A DNA stretch of 47,642 nt from Rotaria socialis. Taxonomy: Eukaryota. A model generated the notes under the pieces. It did no database searches. It was not told the DNA's origin and saw nothing but the letters and a program-made list of their open reading frames with translations. Numbering within the stretch: the first letter of the stretch is position 1; each line of letters opens with the position of its first letter. Positions 10,730-36,053 of the stretch are shown piece after piece. The position numbers and the translations under genes were made by a program. The stretch lies in contig CAJNYD010000184.1 of assembly GCA_905331295.1 (NCBI GenBank), forward strand, positions 1 through 47,642, given 5' to 3'.

Positions 10730-12991
10730 AATCTGATTATGGATTTAAAAAAAAATATAATATTGAACTTTTTCTTTTGACTACACACCGAGTAGATTTC
10801 TTAGTATTGATTGATTTTTTTATGTAATTGTGTGGACATGTATAAACAATCAGGAGAAAAAAAAGAACATGTAGCTCATGCTTTTCTTCATCACAAGTTC
10901 TTAATAACACATCCAATGGTAATGAACTATTCTTGATTATGAAATTTATATAACGTCATTGCTTGGAATAAATCTATGAAAAAGTAAAGAACTATGCCAC
11001 ACTTGTTTACCGACTAGTAAAGAATGCCTTTATTAAAACTAGGATAGAATAGTCTTTATTCCAAGTCTAATATGAATGACACTATTCAAAAAACAAAAAC
11101 TATGCTCAGAACGCTACCGTAGTGTAAGAATAATACATTGCTAAACTGATTATTTTAAATTTCTATTCGAAATGTTTTTCTATGTTGTACAATAAGCTAG
11201 TTCATGCCATAGAAACTTGTATTTTATCTACAAGCAATATAAAGATCATATATAAGGAAACTGGTTGTTTCTTCATCAAGAAAAATTCTCATCAACATTT
11301 CTAATAATGACCGGTTAGAGAGGCGGATGTTGTTAAGGGTTTCTTAAAAAGAAAATTGAATTTGACATTAATTTCTTATGAATGTTCTATGTGAAATCGT
11401 TACTTCAAAAAAGCTCGCCTTAATGAATTCCATTTTTTTTCTCTTAGTTATGAGAGCGCTACAAGTATCATTATTGACAATTGCATAATTTATGTCAAAA
11501 TTGAAACTATTCAAGATCTCGATATCAAGATATTCTTTACAATTTTATACGTCAATAAAATAGTTCAAAAACTGCCATCAATAAAATTAAATGCCAACGA
11601 CTGGCTTGGATAATCTATACTTTGACAGATAGGATTAACCAAGAATAGTTTTATGCTTACTTATGTATAAGCTAATATTTGCTGAGTTTTTGAATGTTGA
11701 AATTTGATTGGTTCTTTAAATAGTTTGTACTTATAACAAAATAAATTCATCATAAATATATTATTGTCTTGGTTTTATTAAGATTTCGAAGTTGAAAAAA
11801 ATTGTTATTAAAATTATTACTTAAAAACACATTATTATTAATAATGTTGAACATCATCTAACAGCATTTTTTTGTATTATGAATGAACGGAATCTTTTGT
11901 TTCGTTCGAAATTTTTTTGTTCATTTGTCATAAACCATAAAAGTAAATTTGTTAAGTTTCGTCTGTGTATGAAAATAGCAATTATAGAATTTTAGATCAA
12001 TAAAGAAAGTGCCGGAAAAACATGACTTTATAACGGAACTTGACTAAATGAGAAAAAAAGTTGCTACCATATTTATATTTCCCTATGATTTAAATTGCAT
12101 GAAAATAGATTCTAGAGTTTTTATTCAAGTCTTTGTTTCTTTGTTTTTGAACGATAATAATGATATATATTGTATACGTAGGAGATTTTCCTTTTTCAAT
12201 GTTAAACAATGCTTGTCACGCATTTTTCTAGGTGTAGAAAACTTATTTGCTTTTGTTCTCTCAAATTTCACATTTTAGCTTAGTGATCATGTTTCAGTAC
12301 AGACAAAAAATAAAGCATAAATGTGTTATAGAAGTTATTTATTTATGAAAAATGAAAAATAAAAAACGGAAAAAAATATCCGTAATTTTGATCTATTCTC
12401 GAATACACAATCAATGACGACAATAAGCATGACACCAATCACTACATGAGAAGAATGGCGTATTCGTACGTCGCATATTCGAAGTTTATTTACGAACTGA
12501 ATCACTTCTGATCTTCAACGAGGAGGAGGGTCAGGATAAAAGACTCTTTCTTTCTCATTTTGTTGAATTATTTTTATTCGAATATTAGGCCTAAATAAAG
12601 ATGGATCAATACGAATGAAAGATAGCTATTTGACAACGAGATACTAAGTAGAAAGCAGGCAGTCGACGTCAACTACATACACACATGATGTCGTTTTTTT
12701 CTCTTTCTTTTGTAATTAAAGGTGGAAATCTGAAAAAATAAAGGCTTGCATAAAGTTTCTCGCAAACACGGTCGTCGGGAAGAAAGGAAAAAAGCAAGAG
12801 AGAGAGAGAGAGAAGAAAAAAAGGTGACCGCGTAAATATGATAGCTTTCGAAACTCGACATTCTCTTATTTTTGCGCCGCTGGAGTGCGTACATTGTCTT
12901 TTTTGACGCTAGTTCGTTCTGAATAGTTACTTTCTTCGTCTGCTGGACAGCTCCGAAGACATCGTGTCGTTGAACGACTATAGTGCCGATC

Positions 12992-14964
12992 ATGTCTCAT
13001 CAACGTAATCTCAAGGTAGTAGAAATGCTTATTTTTAATTATCAATTTGGAATAAACCAAATTTCATTATAATTCTTTAGCTTTCATTGGATGAACCAAT
13101 ATCTGATGCAAATTCTTTGAAAGAATGCCACAGTACACCATATAAACGACGAAAACAAACAAGTCAAGCTCTGGAAGCTCTAGGTCAACTTTTTATGGAT
13201 TCATCAGTTGATGATCTTGATAATAATAAACTCAATAAAAATGATATACTCAGCTTGACACTGTCACGTCTTTTACGCCGTAAATATTGGTCATCAGATC
13301 TTGCTGACAGTAAGTTAAATAGACAAATATATATATATATATAATATAACAATGTATACATTATTAATCTAGCAAATGTTCAATTAGCAACTAGTATTCA
13401 AAGTTCATCGGTTATAGATGAGCTCAAAGGCTTTATTATTGTAGTCAACACAGCTGGCAGAATAATTTTTATCAGCGATAATGTTGAATATTACTTACGG
13501 AAAAATGTTGTATGTAGAATAAACTAAAGAAAAAATTATTTTGTCTTATGTTCTTTTCTTTTCTTTTTCTTTTCAAGCGATTACTTTATCCTCAATTAAT
13601 AAGTATTTACGATTGCATAAGTAAGAATGATCATGATACTATTCGTCAAATTCTTTCAACGCCAACATTGAATGAAAATCGTGCTATTTGCAATTGGATA
13701 TTACCACGGGGTAAACGACCAAATCGGTCAAATACAGAAACAAAAGTAAATTTAATTATGAAATAAATTTGTTAATTAGTAAAAATCTTCTTTTTTCTTC
13801 TAGTCAATGGCGTTGACAGGCCATTTTTTCTTTAATCAAAATGATGAAAGTAAAGAACCATTATTTGTGGCACGCTGTGAACAAATTCTTTCAAGTACAC
13901 CAAACATTCCAATAAATAGCATGGGCTTGACAAGCACGACAATACTTCGATTTGTTCTCACTGATCAATTGAATATCAGTGAAATTTCATCAAAGTATGT
14001 TTTTTTTTCTTTTTCTCAATCCGAAAATTTATTTTGTCTTTTAGTATGGAATTTTTATTAGGCTTTAAGCCAAATGAACTAATCGATCAATCAATTCATC
14101 GAATTTTGTCAACTGAATCATGCGATATTATCGAACAAGCAAAACAAAACTGCCGTAAAATTATTTGTCATTCATGGTTTGATTAAAATTTTGATGGACG
14201 TTTTTTTTGTTTTAGTCTCAAATCAACATGCTACGTCAATGAGTGTGCTCGATTTATTTACTCGCGATGGTGATCGTCTTACATTTTTATGCAACACGCA
14301 TACATTGATTGAAGGTAGAAGCAAAAGAATCAAACTAGGTTTTCTGGCACAACTTATTGAGTATGTTAAATATTGATTCTTGTTGTCAAACAAAAACATT
14401 GTACTCGATTTAATTTCTATTTAGTCCTTTCATGCGATATCAATGCTTGAGTTATGTTAATCGACAGAATGTTGAAAGACGAAAAGGTTTTATTCAGCAA
14501 GAATCAATGTGTATATCACATATAATATTAAACAATTCAACAGCAACAAATGTGTCAATGCGTTAGTAGTTCTCTTATATTTTTGTTATTCAATATTTTT
14601 CTTTTTTTTCTCGCCTTTTATTCCAGCACCCAATGATCAATGTTTATCGATGGCTAATTCACCAAAATCTAAACCTCAAATAGTTAATTATCAATACGTG
14701 GAAAAAGAAAACTATGGTTTCTTTAATCAACCTCAATACAGGGCACAAGTACCATTTGAAACAAATTTTAAGAATGAATTTTCTCCATCGAAAACACAAG
14801 AAGTTGGCTATATTGATGACCTTTTTAATTGGCTTGATGAAGAAAATAAGAAACCAAAGAATAAAGTTGCAGTTTATGATATTATTCATGATGTATTTGA
14901 CTTGGATCATGGTCAAGACTTTGGTCTTTTAACGCCGACCATATCAGAAATAAACTTCTTTTAA
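12992..14964 (+). CDS. Divergent bHLH-PAS transcription factor, 9 exons (12992-13015, 13081-13309, 13373-13509, 13578-13745, 13804-13994, 14045-14154, 14216-14360, 14425-14561, 14627-14964)
   Basis: All GT-AG introns keep the frame. bHLH-like STPYKRRKQTSQALEALGQLF...KLNKNDILSLTLSRLLRRKYW. PAS-A ELKGFIIVVNTAGRIIFISDNVEYYL...SIYDCISKNDHDTIRQIL. PAS-B LNISEISSNMEFLLGFKPNELIDQSIHRIL. Acidic C-terminus. Confidence 0.8.
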
Positions 14965-16069
14965 AAGAAACAAAATTCTCTTTTTATTTTATTTTAAATA
15001 TTTTTCGTGCAGTTCGTTGACCGGCTGTCTGCTTATTTGTGTTTACCATTTGTGCGTTAGCTAAGAAAACAATGTTGTTAATGACATGCTTAATGGATGT
15101 AAAGGCTGGTTCTCTTTGCATAGCATATAACCATTATTATTAACTTCATTTAGCATGCTTTTGCTGTATTTTATTTTCTGTGCAGTGCATCCTTCATTAA
15201 TGAAAACATTCAAAAAAGAAAATTCATTTATTAATATTAAAATGCTTCTGGTGCTTAAATTATTATTATTATTGAATATTTATTCTCGTAGAGTACAAAA
15301 GAATTTCTATTTATCCAATAGAAAAAGAAAGTTTTGTACGTCTTTAGAATACAGTGTAATTTTACCGTCGCTATTTTTATTTCAAATTGCGTAGATTGTC
15401 TCGTAGATATTATCCATTAGTAGACGAGTATGATTGCTGAAACTACTTCTATCTATGATTTAATTATTTTCTTCTCATCTTTTATAGGATACTACGTTGT
15501 TCATTATGCATTGTAGTAGTTCTTTCGCTTCAATAATAGTCAGAATCCTAACTAGTTCAGCACTTTTTTAAATATGTTAAGCACGTCCTCAAGTTGTCTC
15601 TGGATTTTGAATGTTTTGCAAATACAACAAAACATAACATAGCATATATTTTTCAAAGCTCACTGATAATTAACCATTGAAAAGTAAAAATTACCAATGA
15701 TGAATTAATTTTCATTTTTGCAACACAGATTGAAAGACACTGTTGAAACTATCAGTCTTAAGCAAGAATGTGTCATTTTAAGACATCATATTGATTAAGC
15801 AATGATTCATTCTTCCTCTATTCAGTGTAGCGATTAGACGTGTCCAATAAATTTCTTTTTGTGCGTTATCCAATCACGAATTAAAGATATAGATAAGGCA
15901 TGCATATTTAATATAATATCTAAATATTGAATAAATTTTCAATTTAAAATAACGGATGCTCATCAAATTGAGGGGTAAGATAGCCATTAATGTGACAAAA
16001 AATTATAAAAAAAATATATAAATTCAAAGAACATAATTTTCTTCTTCATACTCTTGCTAAAAATGTCTG

Positions 16070-18250
16070 CTATATTTACTGAATCTACCCATGGTAAACG
16101 ACAATTATGCTACCTCGATTATCGATATTCCATCATTCTTAAAAGCTGCTGGACTTAGATATTTTTAGCGCCCACCAAAAATTTAAATGTCCATTCATCT
16201 TTTTTGGTTTATTTATTAATCAATTCCTTGTTCTCTTTGTTATTTTCTCATATATTTGCTCGAATTCTTTTTTTTCTTCTAAATATACATAGTTGATTGG
16301 GATAAATATTTTTCTGTTCATTTCTATTCTTCGAGGCAATCAATGGACAGTAAATCCTGTAAACCATATTTTTGTAGTAATTGAAAGATCAATGAGATAT
16401 AGATAAAAGAACAACTTGCAATATAAAAGAATTTTAAAATAAAATTTTCTGTAGTTTAACATTAAGTGGTTGTTTTCTTAAATGATCCTGCTGATTTTAT
16501 CTCAAAAGTTAATTTTTAATTGTCTGTCTTGTGTGCTATAAATATTGGATGTGGGTGATGACGACGATAGTTTAGATCACTTGTCGACGGTTTACTCAAA
16601 TCGATAAAACCTGCATTTACTTCTTCATCAGTTGGAAACTCAGTAAACGGATTTATATAAATAATTGCTGATGGAATCATTATCATACCATCACGAATAT
16701 GGAAAATAATATTGATATTCATTTGTCAAAAAAAGCATATGACTTATGATCTTTGATTTTTAGATATACATATCGAATATCGACATAATGAACGAGATCT
16801 TTTCATTTAAGATAATATTCAATATAATTTAGAATCAAAATAATGTTACCTTAATCTATAATCCGTTTAGAATTCAGAGCATAGTTGATCACTTCAATTT
16901 CATCTTGTTCATTCTTATGTTGTTACTTTGTCAATCATTATACTGAATACTCATTAGAGATGTACGAGACCATATTTTGTCTTTGGATGCTGTTTCAATA
17001 GCTTCATCTTTTTATTGACTTAGATTCTGTCCTGACCTTTGTATTGATTCAGAGAAAAGTATGTCTAAATATGTACACAAAAAAATCTGTAAGTTCTTAA
17101 GTCTTCGTTCAATTCATTCAAATATTGCATATTATATTGCACGATCTTTTTTTCTGAGTTATCTGTTAATCGGCATCATGCATAAGGTAACTCACTCATA
17201 AACAATAAAGCAACTATGAACTTTGATCTCAAATCCATAGGCACATTCACAATGAACATTGATGACATCGATATTCTCAAAAGTATAGAAACATTTGGAC
17301 GTAAGGCGTGAATTAATTTGTTTTCATAAGTCAACAATATCTTTTTTCATAAGGATCGTTCCATAAAAAAATTTCCGGGTACGCGTCTGCTCACACTTTT
17401 TAAATGTTCAATCTTAGTCCCTGAGGGTGTGGGTGTGGGTGTCATTGCTTGATATACAGCTACCCACATCCACACCTTCAAGAATTAAGCCAATTATTAA
17501 AATCTCACTGTATTGTTCATTTTTCTTTGTGTAGAAGAAACCTTTTTTTCAAAGTAGTCAGGATCAATAAGGTCAACCCACTCAAATAAAGCTCTTTATA
17601 TATATTCAACAATGATTATTACCAGAAATATCTAACAAAAAGAATATTCATATTTTATTTCTTTACTCAGTTGCTAATAATTAGCTTCTGCCGATCATCA
17701 GTTCTTGATGATTATTATCTATTACATTAGTTAACTAGTTCTCCCGTTTTTTTTTCCCTCATACTTATGATATCGTTTTATTTCGCGCATGAAATATCCT
17801 CTTTTCAAGCAACTTGTCCAACTGATTCAAAATACTCGTCGTAAAATTTTGACATATAATTTCTATTGCTAAATCTAAATGGTTTCTTTATCGACTGATC
17901 AAAATAGATTTCAATGTTCATAGAATAGTCATTTTCATATTGGTATTGCAGAAATCTTGTTACGGTGTTGATTCAATAGAGAAGTTTGACTGCTACAAAA
18001 ATGTTGATTTCGCTTTTTTCCCTACAAATCTGCGTAATTGTAATGGTCAAAAAGAAGAAAAAATTCGTGAAAATTTCTGCATACCGGCATTACCGAAATA
18101 TTTTCCGATATTCTAGAATGTTTTGTTTTGATAGAATTCCCTATCTGTCAATACTGGTCGTGGTATTTCTAAAGAAAAGATTTGCTGAAACTATATGGAT
18201 AAGTAACTCTGATTTCAATCTCTTTTCTTGATATAAATGCTCTAAAAAAA
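16070..18250 (-). pseudogene. Heavily decayed multi-exon gene relic, product unknown
   Basis: Long coding-like minus-strand stretches broken by stops and frameshifts (IHALRPNVSILLRISMSSMFIVNVPMDLRSKF, PSAIIYINPFTEFPTDEEVNAGFIDLSKP, QLLQKYGLQDLLSIDCLEE), plus residual splice-like signals. Boundaries are approximate. Confidence 0.3.
17413..17489. repeat. Short hairpin element with GGGTGT...ACACCC arms (third family member)
   Basis: CTTAGTCCCTGAGGGTGTGGGTGTGGGT pairs imperfectly with ACCCACATCCACACCTTCAAGAATTAAG (28-bp arms). Shares CCTGAGGG with the left flank of copy A at about 3774. Confidence 0.75.
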
Positions 18251-18937
18251 ATCTCAGGATAAAGTTTTTTTTTCATGCCTAAACTATATTGAGGTTTTCT
18301 TTGAATTCTCTATAGAATCATGTATAAATATACAGAAAAACAATTATTTTATTAGTTACTTTCACATTAAAGTTTCATCATTCATGATTTACTATGTACA
18401 GACAAATGCTGAGAATGATCAACACAAAACAATTAGTGACAAGCAATATAATAACCAAATTTTAACTTCCGAGCTATTTTAAACTCGATAAATAATGAAC
18501 TGATCATATACAAATTGTCTATATAATCAACATTGATCGAAGATTTTCACAAAAAATTGCTTTCTAATTTATATTCTAGTAGAAATATCTTCAAGGAACT
18601 ACAACAAGCACATATTTAACGATGCCATACAGTTTTTTAATATTACATCCGTATCCTATTTGTCTTAGTGAAAAGGAATTAGAAAACAATGAAGGTAAGA
18701 AAAATCATTAAAAATCTAAATCAGGCATTCTCGTGAACTAATAAACTACATTTAGACCATGTTTTTTTCAAGCTGTGAGACCATTACTGTTTTGTTAGCT
18801 TGTACTTAGCATGACTTTGAATACAATTAACGATGCATAATGAATGAGGAGATGATTATGCAGTTAGTTAAAGACATCATTATCTCTATTAATAGGATTT
18901 TCTTAGTGATAAATTTCCCAACGGTAAATTCAGTTTT

Positions 18938-19226
18938 TGTGTACTCAAAAAAAAAAGAGTACACTATAGAATCGGTCAGTGTGTCCGGCCGTCCGTTTAT
19001 TCGATAACTCTTCAGAATTACATTCGATTGAGCTGAAATTTTGTGCACAGAATTGTCTTATCAATATCTAGGTCGAGTTCGAAGATGAGAAGGATCCGTC
19101 AAGAAATGGCTGAGTNTTGTCTAGTTTTTCATGATAATTTTCGTGTTCAGGCATTCTAGAATGACTCATATGTCGCATGCACTTTTTGCAGTACACATAA
19201 CTCTCGGATGAAATCCGAAGTTTCCA
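18938..19226 (+). mobile_element. Helentron-associated non-autonomous element (HINE/DINE-1-like)
   Basis: 5' subterminal IR TGTGTACTC (18938-18946) with nearby complement GAGTACAC (18957-18964), a GTCC-type tract GTGTCCGGCCGTCCGT, a 3' subTIR CAGTACACA (19189-19197), then hairpin TCGGAT-GAA-ATCCGA (19204-19218). T-rich flanks. Confidence 0.65.
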
Positions 19227-19887
19227 CATTTATTTTTTCTGAATTCGATAACGAGGTTATTTGATTTAAAACAGCAAACAGAATTTCTACTTTCAGTGTA
19301 ATTTGGATCTATTGAAGAGAAAATGATTTTATTATTAATCGTTCAAACGATTGCTTTGCTTGATTTTATAGAAAATATCGATTTATGCAGCAATCGAAAG
19401 CGAGGTACTGCACTTTACAACCGCGTGAAAGTCGAAGATCATGTGATATTCTGCGTTTTGATTTCTTGAACATGCTTGCATACATGACGAATTGTATGTT
19501 GTCAAATGATTTTATTGAGAATGGAAAAGCTAACTAGATTTTTTTTCAATCTTTTTGTTTAGAATATTAATCAAATAAACAATTCGATTCGAGTAATATT
19601 TACTTAAGAATGAGGAAAAAAAAAGAAGAAACAATAAAAAAAGCACAACAAAATGATGAATTCATTAATTGAAGAGAAACGATATAGAGGTTATGTATAT
19701 ATACGACAAATTTTTGCTTCGCAAATATATTTTTTTCATTAAGAATTAAACAGTGACAAAATGTCGCTATTAAAAAAGAAAAAAAAGAGAGGAACTCCGT
19801 CTATGTACAATACACAAAGAAATAGTAAATTGCATAAATATAAAGGAAAAAAGAGAAGTTTGCAGATTTGGTGATTGTTATTATTTT

Positions 19888-30861
<10,974 letters not shown>

Positions 30862-33800
30862 TTAAACATTGTCGTCGTTTTTTCATCTACAGTAATACAT
30901 ATACAAAATTAAACACTCCTCTTTCTCACCTTGATACAATCCGATTGAATATTGACGAAAACGAGAAGAATACTTACTTTTCTTTCTTTCTTTCTTTTCT
31001 CATTCTCTTTATTCAAGGATGAAGAATAAAATTTTACGTTCTACGCTAAAGATATTTATTTATAAATACATACAGCTATAGTGTACGTATGTGTTCAGAT
31101 AAACTCGGGAGAGCGTTCATCGCGTGTCGACATGTCCTGTTAAATAAGTCCACCAACACGATAGTAGAAAAGAAAGAAGAATAGTACAGTATAGTACAAG
31201 GGTAATTAAAGGACGATCGTCGAAAGGAAACAGAACGGAAGACGCGAGAAAAGTTGATGAGCCAAAAGAACGAGAAGAAACTAGTAATAGCGATCATGAT
31301 CATCATATACAGCAGTCGCACTAAAGCATATAATGAGATCAAAGGTTATTATACTTTTGGTACAGAGAAAAAAGAAGAGTGAAAACGATAATAACTGAAT
31401 ATTTTCTCTCGTAGTCAATGTCAACCTATCAACAATAGAACTATGCATATGATCAGCTACTAAACAATGAATTTTGTCGCATAGTATTAATTATGTAAAA
31501 TAGCTATCGTAGCAAGTTATTGTGAAGTTGCATAGATTTTTTTTTCATGGTAACTACTCACATTGTCTCGATCCGTGTAGAATACAAAAAGAAGTCAAAT
31601 GATGCGCATATGTACGTGTATGCGACAGCTTGAGTCGAGATGGCACACGAATGCGAACGCTTTCCTAACATCATTATTACATCACGAGGGCGCAGTATGA
31701 GCATTTCTTTCTCAAGAACTTACCAGCGTATAGAAGAGGAAGCAGTATTTGCTAGCTGTCGTTATTATCAAGTCGATGAAAGATTGTCTCTCGCTTTCTT
31801 CGTCGTTGTATCAAGTCTTGTAGAGACTATCGTTCTGATTATGATAATACTATCAAGTGGATATATATATATATATATATGTTCGTGTGAAAATCGGAAC
31901 TGACAAGAAATTACATACACAAACGTCAGAGCAAAATTGCAGAGAAATGTATATTTTTGTTAGTGTAAGCTACTGTGATACCACAAGAAAAGAAAGAAAA
32001 AAAATCCTGACCGAGACTCATGCTGATTCAAACGCCTAATATTACTTGCTCTGATATAGTTTACAAAAAAATAAGGCAACTATAAGTTAGATAGTACCAA
32101 TATGGCTGATGCATAAAATATGTTTGAATGGAAGAAAAGAGAAAAACACGGTTAATTAAATCTGCTTAACTTATTAAATATGTTTTGTAAAAGCGATAAT
32201 ATAGGCATATGATAAATTTCAGATGCGTATATTAAAGCAAAAATTTTCATTCGCCTCTCTCTTAGCATACAAAGTCGATTGGCTAGTCCGACAAGGTTAA
32301 TAGGAAAAAGAAAGGAAAACAGACAAATAATACTTAAAATGAGTCAAATGAATGGAATAACAATATAAAACAAAAACGAAGAGAGAAAAGAAAAGGAAAA
32401 CTTTCTTTTGATTGTTTCTCTATTTGTTTTATTTTTTGGGATTGTGATTCTTTTTTCATTCCATTCTTTCTTTGTCTCATCAACTCATTATGTCCAATCA
32501 CATTGTTTAGCCTTTGTAAGAAGATAATAGCCAATAAAATATATTTTGACCATAGATGTCATTGCTATCCTTAAAAATGATACTTACAGTTTACGGATGT
32601 TAAAATAATATTAATTAGATTAAAAATTAAGTCAAACATGATTTGATAGAAATTTTTATTGCTGTACTCAGTTGAATTTTATGATATGTTCACATGAATT
32701 AAAGTATTTCTCAAATCAATTATGAATTTAATTGATAAGTTATTCTATATTAAATTTCTTCTAAAAATAACTCGAAAGAACCTTTACGTAAATAATCGGA
32801 TGGCGTCAAAAGTGTTATTTATTCATGATAAGAAGAAAAAAAAAGAAATATTGCTCTGACGACAAAGTAGTAGTACAACGGTAATCGGCTTATAATCTTT
32901 TGAAAAAAGGAACAATAACAAGCAATTAAGAAAACCTTTTTTTTTCGAAATTTTTATAATACGGGCAGTTCAGGACATGACATAAGAACAAAAAAATATG
33001 ATAGAATTCTTTTGTTTTTAAATATTGCAACCTCTTAATCATTCATTATTCTTATATGAGCTGTTAATGATTGATGAGTTGAACATTTCATAACAGTTGA
33101 ACAAGAATTGATAGGATTGATAATTAATTTTTTCTTCAATAGAATTCAGGATTTTTTTCTATATTGAAAAGGTACTTTTATTAGAGTTGTGTTCCTGATA
33201 AAAAACATGCCAAAACTTATCCGGTAAGAATTTTAATAAAAAGCACGGTGCACATTTCTTCACGTGCATATTTAAAAAAAAATGTGCGTCATGCATCCGG
33301 AAGTCGATTATAATTGAATTGCTTTTCTCTATTAAATAATAAATGTCCCTAGTCGTCGAAATACTCTGGCTCACTTACTTTTAAATTAAAAAAAATAACA
33401 CTTAACTATTTTTACCTGCCAAGCCAATCGTGTATGTATCGATCGGAATCTTTGTCAATGCTCGATGCTCGATGCATACTATATATGCGCATGTTTCTTC
33501 TATTAACATTAATATAAATACAAATACAAATACCAAATGTATACATTTATTAAAATATCCATTAGCAAAAATATAAGCTATTTAGACGCATCTAAGACCA
33601 TTATTGAGATTTATTTTGATTCTGTTTTTTCTTTATCTATAAAAAAAAAAATAATGTTAAAATTCATTTTGTTAGTCTAATTTAAGCTTAAAAAATATTT
33701 TAACTATTTTGAAATTGATGTTAGAAAAGAGATCTGGAGAGATTAAGTAATAAATAAAATATGCATAAAAAAAGGAGTACATAAAAGCATTTTTTGTTTG

Positions 33801-34995
33801 CAATAGACGATGCTTCAATGTGATTATTTATCTAATATTCTATAGCTTTCGTTTTGAGATGAGATCAGATAAACTGAATTCCCTCCCGCTTAAGTTATGC
33901 ATAATAAATTTATTGATTTAAGATCTGTACCATAATTATATTACGAGAAATGAATCGAGCAGATCAAATTCGTACAGAATCTGTTAATGATTATGCTTAT
34001 TATCAAAGAAAAAGCGATCTAACTAACCTAAATGCTCATGATTTTCTATTGATGATACCATGACTAACAACATTTCAAATGAACGATTTGGATTCATCAT
34101 TTTATCGTGTACGATTTTTCTCGTTCGAAATATAATCAAATGTAAAAGAAAAGTTTTTTTTTATTCTCATCTTAAATATAATAATTATTAATGACGAACT
34201 ACTCAGATTAATGAATATAGAATATGATTCAGTGAGTTCCCGTCAGGTTTCTGCTGGCAAGACGTCATGTCCGTTTGGAAATCTAGTAAAAACAATAAAA
34301 AATTGCAACGAGAAAATGATTGCTCAAATCCAATAGCTGAGTTTTTACAGTTCCGGTTGTAACCGAGCGTAGACTGGCAAAACCGAGCACATAATTCCTG
34401 TTTTCTATTCACTAGTATGTTAACGAGTTTCACGGTTAGACACGCTTCTCATTTCATGACTTGAATAATAAGAATTTGTCAATGATCAGCAAATACTACA
34501 ACGTGTAGAAAAATACATATGATGTTTTTCTTCATTTCAGTCAGACAAATATGCATGTTAACTAGAAAACGATTTATGAATAGGCTTACATTTCTATCAA
34601 AATATATTAATCGATATAGAATCTTCTCTCCGTTTCAATCAATAAAAGAGTGTGATATCAAAATTAAGTAAAACGACAACAAGAACAACAACAACAATTA
34701 AATATGTTGAATGTTTCGTTTTGTTTTCTTAGGTTTGTAAGAAATAACGACTTTTGACATTCAAGAAGTAAATTATTACGAACACACTTTATTAATAACC
34801 CATGATAAAAATAGCCATTCAAATTGTCGTTAATGGTACAAGTGTAACTAAAGCAGTTTCGACATTGCTTTCAATAAAACTTTTTGTTTGTTCTTAGAAT
34901 TTCATCGTGAAGAAAAAACATAACGCAAATGGCAGAAAATTTTACGAATATCTTAGATCGAAATATAATTTCTATAAGTATTTGATAGTTTCAGT

Positions 34996-36053
34996 CAGTG
35001 GCGTAGCCAGGATTTTTTAAGTAGGTGGCAATTCACCAGCTAAATTATTTATAATGAGTAGCAATAGTGGGCAATAATTTAAAAAAATGATGCGTATTAC
35101 AGAAGTCGTTGTGTATTTGAAGAGAAAGTTGTAGTCATCCTACGTTAACAGATGAATTCGCTGCTTTTCCCCGTGTTTCGTAAATCTATTTTTTCAATTT
35201 CATATATTTGAATATTTTATCTGAAGAAGGGTGTGGGTGAGGGTGAGTATTATTTTATCCTTTTTCGCCGAAAAATTATCAATGTCTCTTCCTTCTCTTT
35301 CGTTAGGCAACGAAAAAGCTCAGTTAATCTTCTTTCATCGATCACACAATGATACGTATTAGTTTGTTCTCTTACATTGGGCAATGACAAGCAACAAGCA
35401 TTGTTCCATCTATATTTTCAACAAATTCTCAATCATGAAAGTTACTTTTCTTAGTTGTACTGTTCACTAATATGCACATCCTGTGAACTACATATATTGT
35501 CATTTCATTACTAATGTAGTACTTTTATTATCTGAAATAAGTTGTGAAAACGTTTTCAAAACACTGTCATTTACACAATCAATTTTATTTTAATTTTCTA
35601 TATAATTTGCTCACGTTTTCAATTCTACATTGCACGAATCATGTTGCAACATATGTTGCGAAATTTTTTAATGTAGATTGATTCAGGCGTTTCTGTATCA
35701 TATGAATTATGTTCGTAGAAATGGAAAGATCGTTGAACATTTATCCACCTTTATTTTTAGCAAATTTGAGTGTATAAGAGATAGAGAGTATTTTGCCAGT
35801 GAATATCAATGAATTATTATGGCGATCATTCTCTAGCTAGAAGACATTGAAGATTGATTTTTGTAAATCACTTGATTAAATCTCGCCGCAAGCAAATGTG
35901 TTGAAAGAAAACAGTCCTCAAATCTTTAACTGTACACAAATTTTCTTATTTTTTTACGATGGGCAATTGCCTGTACTAAAAAAGAAATAGGTAGCAATAA
36001 AATTTCGTTTGGATGGCAATTGCCCAATTGCTACCCTGCTGGATATGCCACTG
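34996..36053. mobile_element. Non-autonomous hAT-type DNA transposon (1058 bp)
   Basis: TIRs CAGTGGCGTAGCCAG / CTGGATATGCCACTG (13/15). Perfect 8-bp TSD GTTTCAGT at 34988-34995 and 36054-36061. Subterminal GGCAATT motifs at both ends. No intact ORF. Confidence 0.9.

Noticed and set aside
31076..34433. Several 60-90 aa ORFs upstream of scrib
   Set aside because: Low-complexity, with no homology or splice-supported structure; probably promoter, UTR or repeat debris.
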